A DNA stretch of 60,253 bases, filler included, from Sphacelaria rigidula (taxonomy: Eukaryota): assembly GCA_964200075.2 (NCBI GenBank). It is 4 parts of 4 records of this genome, joined end to end, with 100 filler letters (N's around TTAATTAATTAA, not from the genome) between each part and the next. Parts side by side here need not be neighbours in the genome. Positions count along the whole stretch, not along the records: positions 45,267 to 60,253 come from CAXNAA020001963.1; 3 more parts are not named here. One strand, 5' to 3'. A program made the position numbers and the translations under genes. This document shows, piece by piece, positions 51,270 to 60,253 of this stretch. Position 1 is the first letter of the stretch. Each line of letters starts with the position of its first letter. Below the pieces are notes generated by a model. The model did no database searches. It saw only the letters and a program-made list of their open reading frames with translations, and was not told where the DNA came from.

Positions 51270-52600
51270 CCCCTGTCATGAAATAGAAGGGACGGTATCG
51301 GGAAGGCGGGCCCATGTCTGTGACCACGGGTTCGCGAGATCGGGCTGATGTGTGGAGATGACAACGACAGTGTCAGATGGGTGCTTCGACACTACTGCAG
51401 GGATCCTGATCAAAATCCTCCACAGTTGAGCTAGATCGTCACGGCTCGATGGCTGAAGGAGAGAAAAAAGTCGAAGGTTACATTTTGTGCGGGACGGGAA
51501 CGTCATGTAGATGACCGGTTTGGAAGACAGTTTCTAGAACCGAAGAGACTTTACAGAAGTCGTCAGTACGGTTCGGGAGGCTCACTGGGGACCGGCACCG
51601 GCTATCGGGCAACTTTTTTCGTGTATACTCGCCCTTCGGGCTCGAGTAAATGTCTTGTACAGAATTTGGACAACTGTAGGGTATCGTTTTCAAAGTCTCA
51701 CGGAATGGAAGGCCTTCAAACAACCGGTGCCTGCAATCAGGTAACTCTGTAATTTATACCCGCCCTTCGGGTCAGGGTGTGAAAGTCCTACATAGATACG
51801 GAGGAGTCGGATACCGGGATGAAAGTCTCGACAGACTGTCGGGTACGGGGCATCACGGAAAAATACCCCGGGTATAGAGGAATCCGTTCTTTCACGACAC
51901 AGTCTAGAAGTTGAGGTGGTATTCACGCGAGTTTGTAGCCATTCCACGAGTGTGAGCCGCGTCTACCATGGGTTACACCCCGAGATAAAACCGAGGGATT
52001 GGTTCGTGATGAGTCATGATACCAATACCAAGTAATTTCCAGACGAATCACATGTCCGACACTTGTAGTCTTCTGCTTGGGTCGTGGGCCACCGGTATTA
52101 CAATCCGTTGCCAATCGACATATTGCAAATCAAATATGTTTACGACGAATACGTCCGAGGATGAGTCACCCGCCAGTGTTGTCAATATTCTACAATCGAC
52201 GTGGGCTCTTGATCGACTCTTCCGACATTCGTGACCCAATAAAATACGGTGCAATGCGTATGTTCCACATCACGTGGCTACCATCGCGTCCTCCGTCCAC
52301 CGTGTGCAGGATTGACTTACATTTTTCTCGACTGCTTGCTGGGCACGGTGTTCGTGAACTTCCAATATGTGGAGGGTGCAAGGGATGATTCATTGTTGTT
52401 CGTCACAAACGCTGATTTCCAGAACCGCCTCGCTGCACGGATGTGCAGATCTCAACTGTCCTGTGGACAGCACTTCTTCAGGTGAATCTCGGCTGCCGTT
52501 GTGGTGCAGTACCTTATTCAAGTGATCATTTCAAACGTCATCACGTTCAATCGAGACCTCGCTCGATCTCAAGTCTCAAATCCGACGTCAAACGAAATCG
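51270..52600 (+). pseudogene. Decayed Gypsy-like RNase H / integrase
   Basis: DNDSVRWVL..DP..TARWL..GRERHVDDRFGR resembles TDHxSLxWL..RLARW..GRxNxxADxLSR; PIDILQ resembles the integrase core start. Confidence 0.45.
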
Positions 52601-52689
52601 TGCTTTGTCCATGTGCATAAAACCTCGGGAAATGTCTTATTAACCGTTTCCTTGAACGAGTGTTGCAATTTCGGTTGTTTGGGTGCGCT

Positions 52690-52757
52690 CATCATGCGAC
52701 AACGGCTAGACCCAAAGGTGGTCGGTTCAAGTGCGACAATCAATCAAACCCATCAAT
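52690..52757 (+). mobile_element. LINE/SINE 3' end fragment with (ATCA)n tail
   Basis: atcatgcgacaacggctagaccc..ggtcggttcaagtgcgacaatcaatca. Confidence 0.65.
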
Positions 52758-55700
52758 CGGTTAGGCAAAATCATGATGACAATAGTTACAGTGTAGCGGC
52801 CTCGGCTGCTGAAGCGGATTGCATCAGTGCGATAAGTGAGGTAAACATTGTGACTGCCAGCTGTCGTTGCTTTCGTACGTGTCGCATCTTGGAGTTGGTT
52901 CCAGGAGCGGAGTCGCGAGATGGTTGATGTCCATGGCTCAATTTTTCAACATGTTTTCTCCTCACAAGATCACGATACACCCTCGTCAACTCGTAGATGT
53001 CGAGGACAATAATTCACGGTGGGTCAGGAACGTAACCAATTTCCATTGATCGTCAATTGTCGTCTCACCCTGGGGAGTGATTTCTCTCTCGCGCTGAGGT
53101 ATTCTGGATCTTGCCCCCCCGAAGTCACTGTACCAGCACCAAGCGTCACCAGGTGAAGTATCCAAGACAAGCCACCAAAAATTGCCGTACGTTCGAAGAC
53201 CTGGGCAAGGCAGACCGAACGACGGGGTACCCATGGTCAACATGGTATAATGTGAGTACAATACTGGCGTGTAGACCTCCATCGAAGCTTGATCGACAGG
53301 TCAACGTGTTTTTGATCGGGTTGTGTTCTGGTGTTGAAATGATGTTGACAGTGGACGGACATTACCCCCTTCGACACCAGGCTCCCGACCCGGGCTCGTG
53401 CGCTGCACTTCAACTGTGCCTCCCTAGAAATTAGGTGCGAGATCAAAAATGTAGCGCGTAGGGTTATGCTTTACCCAGTACGACTATTGAGACAATACCG
53501 TCTGTTGTATGAAAGACATGATGTTCCCCGTTGCACGTGGTACTTTTTCCGATGATGCTATCTTTGTTCAGGGTGTGATATACTGCAACTGTGGAGGGGG
53601 CGAAATCATCTCACATCACCCTCACCGTCTACACCGTCCACGGAGAGACACGAAAGGAAACTTCATAAAAAATAAGCGGGTACCTCGCATGGCAATCAGG
53701 CATGAAATGTCCATGGGGGTATTCAGCACTCACGCAGGGAATGGTAATAGTAGTGGCAGATGTTTACGCATGTCTTCCGAAACATGATACCGGGAAGGAA
53801 TGGATGTACCGTCGTTATGACTCGTATGCTCTCAATGAGACAGGGTGGAAACCCGGGTCCCAGGTGGCGGTCAAGTATCCCCCGCCCTCATCCGCCTTGT
53901 AAAAAGTTCGAGATTGGGGAGGACAAAAAACCTCCGAGCAACACGCAGCACAACCCAAACCACCTCCCCGCGCGGGGGAGTTGGCCTAGCTCATCTCAGT
54001 GTGAAGATCGATGTAACCACCCAGGATGACGAGCAGCCTTAAGGACGACGGCCGGGCGGGGCCACGAATCGGCCAGACGCAAGAAAAACTCCTGCGCCGT
54101 GAGACCTGGACCATCGTGCCCGAAATTGATATACCAAGGTGTCTGGGCTCTCGGCCCAACGGGCATTAGGGAAAACGGTGAGTGGCTCAAACCAGCTGGA
54201 GGGCAGGGCCACGGCCAGCAATTCAAGAGCACCCTCCTGTTCTCCCGGGGCCAGAGCAATATTTCCTTGGAGAAGGCTAGACCTTCTGAGCACGCTTCAA
54301 GGTGACTGCGCGCCCTCATTACGATATAGTAAAACCAACAGATAGTGCGGTTCGAGAGATCGATTACATCAACAGACGCCGTCTTCATGCGATTGGTTAC
54401 ATCGAAACGTCAACAACAATCGGGGCTATCTTTCCCTCTACTCTGGTGTGGAATGTCCATCTCCTGTCCAACCAACAGCCGTGGACAAACAACAGTGATG
54501 AGAGTTATGTAGGATGCCGAGCATCCTCGTACGGTGCCATTTCTTCATGTGCCATGAAATGGTACGAGGAACACTGCGGTTTACGATTGAGCAGATAAGG
54601 TCAGATCGGACCCCCTCACCTTTCAGCGGAGCCGGTGACCAGTCTTCAAGGCGAGGGCAGATGCTGACCTCGACCACCGGAACGGAACCTGACGCTCTGC
54701 CCCATCCTGTACAGATAGCCATCTGGCAACATGGGGTTGGGACTGATGTGAAGATAGAGCGAGACTGAGGATGTGCTACTCCGACCAATCATGAGGCAGC
54801 TCCCGCCCCACATGCTCACCAGAGTGTTGGGCTACGCTGCTGTGCACCACTAAAGTGCGTAAGCAGGAGTGCCGAGTAATTGACTGGGAGTGCCCGGCCA
54901 TTCATCGTTTTCCATGCGTTTCTTGCATCCAATTGCGCTTGATCAAGCTGACTGCTCTTGGTGGGCGCAAACGCCCGGTGTGTCAAGGAAAGAATGATAA
55001 GTATTCATGATACATGTCCGTACGCCAGGCGCTGTCCGCGTGTAAGTGACGATGGGGGCGGGGTCAGGGTAGGTGCGAGGTCAGGGGAACTGTATGTCTG
55101 TTTCTTTCTCGAAGCCACAATAGAATAAAATTGTCTTCATCTGTCCCGTTGTTTTGGACGTCGTAGTGTTGTGGATGCATTTAAAATAAAGTCAGGCAAA
55201 CATCTTTCGCACTTCTTTGAAATCCACCATCTTTGAATGTCTTCCAGTATGGACTGTGCATAAGATGGATTTGTCAATTTATGAAGAGCAACCCGCACAC
55301 TTGAGCCGCATGGCACAAATCCTATTCGTACATATCGCTGAAATGAATTTATTACGTGTTAAAGGCCAAATGTTCTGACCGGCGGTGCGCGCCCACTTTT
55401 ACATCATTTTACATTTTCACGACCGTTGCTAAAGCCGTTTCAGGCCTATCTTTCGTTTGTGCGGTTCAAATCCATACGGTTCAAAGTCGTCCATGATCAA
55501 ATACCATCCTTGACTTAGAAAAATTAAATATACGGTACCACTTGAAGCTTCCCCGTCCTCCTCCCGTCACTCGTTCCATCGCGGCACTTTTTTCTCAGAT
55601 TTCATAGAAGATTTCATAGTCGGATATGTTTGCAGTGAATGATGACAGATGCTCACAGTTGGGCACCAAATACAGCCATCGCATTGAAGGATAACGTTGA

Positions 55701-55799
55701 ACTAATTGCTGTGCGAAGGTTGTGCAGATTGTACCCCACCCTGCCGTTTTGCAGTACATCCGTGAAGTTAGAAGGATACTTATGGAAGCATACACATAG

Positions 55800-56283
55800 A
55801 TGGCAATGTCTATGATCAGCCGACGCACCAAGACGTGCATCATTCTTCACTGGATTCTAGCCCTCGCAGCAGCGACAGCAACAGTATCATCGCCGACATC
55901 AACAGGAAAGCATTGTCACAACCATATTAGTTTCACCCAGACGAAACATGAGCGACCACAACAACCCGACAATAACCGCCGATCACCGCCGCCACAACCG
56001 ACAAGAACGACAGCTCCACGCACCATGAACAGGAAGGCAGAAAGCCCAGTGCAAGAACAATGGATGAAAAGTAACTCTGGCTATTTATTTTTTGAAGGGA
56101 CGAGGCGGCGACCTCAGGAGGTGCGGGGTATTATGAAAAAACGGAAAAAACAGGGTCATGGGCTGTCATGTTTGGAGATCGTCCGAGGCGGAGCCGCGGG
56201 TGCATGGAGGGTGGTAGATCCGGAAGGGAGAAAGGAGCGGCAGGCTGTGCGAAATGTGCTTTTGTACTACCCTAACTTGATCG
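55800..56283 (+). CDS. Phosphatidylinositol synthase-like (CDP-alcohol phosphatidyltransferase), exon 1; the rest is probably beyond the window
   Basis: VRNVLLYYPNLIG matches the conserved PIS N-terminus (VFLFxPNLIGY) and is followed by donor G|GTATGT; start codon uncertain. Confidence 0.72.
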
Positions 56284-56533
56284 GTATGTTGTTTCCGGTG
56301 ACGGCTTGTGTATTTCGTTAATTGTAAAGGTAGATGCAACATCGCTCTCGTGGAGGATTCTTGCCGGCGGCAGAATTTTGCTGCGGGAATTTGGAAATCC
56401 AAATATCGAGAATGAAATACCGAATTTCGAAAAAAAACAAGAAATCGAGAGGGGTTAAATGCTGACATAAGAACAATAGCTGATATCTCACAAAATGGGC
56501 CAGCTACAGAAGTAAGTCGTGCTTAGGCATTAA

Positions 56534-56631
56534 CCCTTAGACCGCGAGATCAGTCTTTCTGGATCATGCATACTTTTTTCCACTTGAAATTGATGCCGAT
56601 TCAACAGAAGACTAACCTCGCGGTCTAAGGG
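56534..56631. mobile_element. 98-bp piggyBac-like MITE
   Basis: TTAA|CCCTTAGACCGCGAG...CTCGCGGTCTAAGGG|TTAA. Confidence 0.93.
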
Positions 56632-56635
56632 TTAA

Positions 56636-57255
56636 ATATGTTTTCGTGAGGTTGAGAGTAGAGGATACGATTGGGAGCGAGGAGAGGCGACCTAAAGTTT
56701 TGATTATACATCTAGACGTTTTTTTCGAATAAACTCCTACTAACCCTAACCCTAACCCTAACCCTAACCCTAACCCCGACCCAGGGTGTACGAGACCCTC
56801 GGACAAGGGGGGTGCACAGGTTCCCCACGGCAAAGTGTGCGTTGGCGGACCTGAAATCGACGCCGCAGGCGCCGATTTCGACAAAAACACGTTCTTGACG
56901 AGCTGGGTCACCTCCCCCAGCCATAAATTTTATCAGAACTTTCTCAAGTCTAAAAACAAGTAGTCATGTTGTTAACCGTAGATATACGATCAAAGATGTG
57001 AGAAGCACTCAATTGATTAATAAATATTTTCAGTTCCGAAATGCCCCTTCACGAGGCTCGATACGCTTTCTGCAGTAGCTGGCCACTGAAGCCCTTGATA
57101 TTCCCAAGTAGGATATCGACGTGTAGCAGTAAGCACATGCCAGTGTTACAGGCAAAAAAAGCACACATGGAATGAAAAGTTATTCAAGTTACAGCGAATG
57201 ATAAACCCGTGGACTCTCAATCAACGCTCTACCCTCAACCTCAGGAAAACATTGT
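56636..57255. mobile_element. MITE (GTTTTCGTGAGATTGAGAG family) containing a telomere-repeat element
   Basis: Both TIRs present; about 300-bp insert with (CCCTAA)n. Confidence 0.78.
56740..56776 (-). repeat. Interstitial telomeric repeat (TTAGGG) about 6 units
   Basis: ctaaccctaaccctaaccctaaccctaaccctaaccc. Confidence 0.95.
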
Positions 57256-57325
57256 TTTCTGGTCGTAAAAAAGTTTGACATAACGTTCTCGAAAAAGTAT
57301 GATTTTGAATAGACGCTAAACGCAA

Positions 57326-58567
57326 GGGCTCTTCTTCTCGAAGGGGATTTTCCCTTGTCAAAATCCCCTTTTTGATTAACGACCGCTGATGAGTCACTGC
57401 GATACCACCTCCCAAAAAACGTGCCCAGAAATCCTTTTTATCGAAGGCCGGATGTGACGGCAACCAGATTTTTGGCCCACGGATTGTTCACTTTTGAGAC
57501 GTTTGACCCACTTTTTGACCCCCAAGCAGCGAAAATTGCTAACACACGTCTCGGACACTTTGCATCACCCCATAGAGAGGAGCCTAGTCTGCTTTTCAGA
57601 TTCGCGTGGCTCCAAGCTTTCGACATTGGCCTCTGAACAATAATTCGTGTGCAAAAAATTGTGGTTGCCGACCCCCGCCAGTTTGCCTAATAATCTGTGG
57701 AGATCGCCGTAGATTTTGTTGCACAGAGATTATTGTTCAGCGGCCGCTCTCGAAACCTTGGAGCCAAGCGAATCTGAAATGTGAGCTAGGCTCTCCTCTG
57801 TGGGGTGGTGCAAAGTGTTCCACGACGTGCGTTGGCAATTTCCCTGTTTGGGGTAAACCATTGGCTCAAACGTCCCAAAAGTGAACAATCCGTGGGCCAA
57901 AAATCTGTGTGCCGTAACATCCGGCCTATAAGAGGATTTCCGGAAACCTCGAGGAGGAACACACGTGTCCCGCTTACAGGGGCACATGCAAACGCCTACC
58001 ACACAACCCAACACAATCAGAGCTGAACGTGAGGAACTTGGTGCCCCCGCAAACCAAAAATACGCATCTCGAGCCCTAGCCGCTCGTCAGCTGAGCATAT
58101 CGTGCGTAACCTTGCTCAAATTTGTTTAGAATTCATGGAGAAATGGTGGTGTGCGTGAGGCTCGCACAAATGGTCAGCAACGACACGTTTTCGGTTATTT
58201 TTGACACGCACGCGGCCGCCATTCGTCCAACATAGAACTGACTTCCGTCAAACAAAGACTGCCGTGTGTAGATTAACAAGGGCTAGCGCTGGAACTGATG
58301 TGCGTGAGTGGTGGAAGTGCGTATTTTTTCGGGGCTGGGTGTGTAGGTGTTGTGTTGCCTTGATGCGTCTTGTCTGTAGCATTACAGAGGCCTTGGACTG
58401 ACCACCACTTCCAGAACCGCCGCATTTCCGAACCTGTGTGCAGATCTGAGGTTCGATCTGTACTAAACTGCTACTGGATAAGACTCAAAACTGGTCGTTG
58501 TGGTGACAATCCCCTTTCAAAAGGGGATTTTATTAACGGGGAAAATCCCCTCCGATAAGAAGGACCC
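57326..58567. mobile_element. PIF/Harbinger-like non-autonomous element
   Basis: TIR GGGCTCTTCTTCTCGAAGGGGATTTTCCC / GGGGAAAATCCCCTCCGATAAGAAGGACCC; flanks caa/taa. Confidence 0.7.
57446..57926. mobile_element. Foldback MITE (GGCCGGATG family) nested in 57326-58567
   Basis: About 230-bp inverted arms; homolog of 47240-47605. Confidence 0.85.
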
Positions 58568-58709
58568 TAATCCTAACCCCCCAACCCTGACTCCGACCAA
58601 CCCATAGGAGGACCCTCGGGCAAGGAGGATGCAAAGGTTACTCTCGACAAACTGTACGCTGGCACCTCAAATTGGCGCCTGCGGCGCCAATTTGGACAAC
58701 AGTACATGG

Positions 58710-60253
58710 TGATTGATTGATTGATCATCTCAGATGAGCTGATTGCAACAATCCAGCCCGTGGACAGGAGCAGCAAAAACAAGAGCAGAAAAAGAAAGAA
58801 AGGGGAAAAAAAGGGACGCAGCGACGACGACAACAACAATAAACACACACAGACACTAACGACACAACGACATGATTTTCTAGCATTACGTAGCTGATTG
58901 CAACACTTGAGCTCGTGATCAGAAGGAAAGAAAAATGGAGAAAAATGAAAAATGAAAAAAATAAAACATGAAGAAAGGAGTAGATGAGACAAAAAGACAG
59001 AGCCAGGCTCGTTTCCGGGGCGGGGGAGGGGGAGGGAGAAGGGGTGCACAGGCAAAACAAAAAACAGACAAGAAACCACCAGGAACAAAAGGTGAACAAA
59101 GCAGAGATAGGAACCAAACACAACGCTCTACGTATCTGGCATAGGCTACGATGAGTGGGTGTTGGTACTGTCGGTCCCAGGTGCTGTCGGTGCATCTTGG
59201 CCTTCAGCTTTCGCCTGCCGTATCCCTGCCTCTGCGTCATCCTTTTGGCACCAGTCCGCCATAAACCTTTCTGCTCCCGGTTCAACACAGCTGTGCCACT
59301 CCATTGCATTCAAGGCTTTGGTAGTCCATCCCTGTCATTCGATACCGAACGCCTTCATGTCTTCCGCTAGGCAGCGGATCCAGTCCTTGTGCCTGCCGTT
59401 ATACTCTCCTTGTTGCCCCTTTACGGCTATGATTTCGCCGAACATGACGTATTTCGGTATCCGTTCGGGTGACATGCGCGCGACGAAACAGGCGAAGTGA
59501 AGTCTCCTCTTCCTCGCCGTCGTCTCGATGCTTAGGCACCTGTCCGCGCGAGGGTCTCTCGGTATGACAGAACGTGGTCTGTGCGATTGTGCTTGTGGTA
59601 TCCAACACAGCGCCTGAGCAACGCACGGTGGGCCGTGCGCAGTAGATTGTAGTGGGCATTGAGAGGGATTCATGTGACGCACCCGTACAGGAGCGCCTCG
59701 ACAGCCTCGGCTTTGATCATGCGGACCTTGAGGTGGACGGCTGCGCACGGTCAATTGTAGAGCTGGACTTTGTACTGGTGGTAATTCGACCATGCCGGTT
59801 GCACGCGCTTTTTTATTTCCACGGAAATATCGCCGCTCTCCGTGATTGACCCCCCCCCGCCAGGTATACAAAGTTGTTTGTTTGTTAGTATACCTGGCCA
59901 GCCGCGTTGATGCCGAGGTGCCTCGCCTGTGAGTGCAGTCGCATGGTCTTCGTCTTTGCTTCCGATACGGGCAACCCGAACTCTCCGCAGATCGTCATAA
60001 TCACCGTCATCATCTTCTCGAGGCTCGATGATGTCCGTGAGACGATGCAGGCGTCATCGGCGTACAGCATACTCCGTGAGGGCCGTACGTCTTCCGCCGC
60101 GATTGCTGTGGCCACATCTCGCTCGACCCATGCTACCGCACACTCCTGTTGGAAATCTGCCTTTTCGCGCTTTTTAGACTTTTTCGTGTAAATGTTTGTT
60201 CCTTGCCCTCTCCTGCGGGCTGTTTGGGTTATGGGTATATTGGTGGTATGCTC
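58710..60253 (-). mobile_element. RTE-like LINE, 3' part with RT remnant and (ATCA)n tail
   Basis: MLYADDACIVS, VSEAKTKTM, FVYL, RKRRLHFACFVARMSPERIPKYVMFGEI; frameshifted; pyrimidine-rich 3'UTR and tail at 58710-58724. Confidence 0.9.

Noticed and set aside
52900..54800. Possible continuation of Gypsy integrase/chromodomain or a viral insert
   Set aside because: Coding-like composition but no motif could be identified with confidence

Overview
Eukaryotic, transposon-saturated genomic DNA, most likely from a brown alga or related stramenopile. This is inferred from spliceosomal introns, TTAGGG repeats and the TE types; it is not proven. The window is a draft scaffold with three 100-bp gaps carrying an artificial TTAATTAATTAA linker and two 10-N gaps. 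Two host genes are supportable: a two-exon G-patch protein (GPATCH4/PINX1-like, minus, 40900-39310) and exon 1 of a phosphatidylinositol synthase-like gene (plus, from about 55800) with an unusual signal-peptide-like N-terminal extension. The rest is largely nested, decayed TEs: a Ty1/Copia element hit by three DNA-transposon insertions, Gypsy remnants, LINEs, two tRNA-derived SINE families, and many MITE/foldback elements with Tc1/mariner, hAT, piggyBac, PIF/Harbinger, CACTA and Sola-like signatures. The most notable system is a Helitron family seen here as a helicase plus OTU-protease remnant, a complete 1.2-kb non-autonomous copy, a 166-bp mini copy and several 5' fragments. It has a CTTG 3' end and is associated with TA-rich tracts. 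Small elements carrying telomeric repeats are also present. Coordinates of degenerate repeats were read by eye and are approximate.
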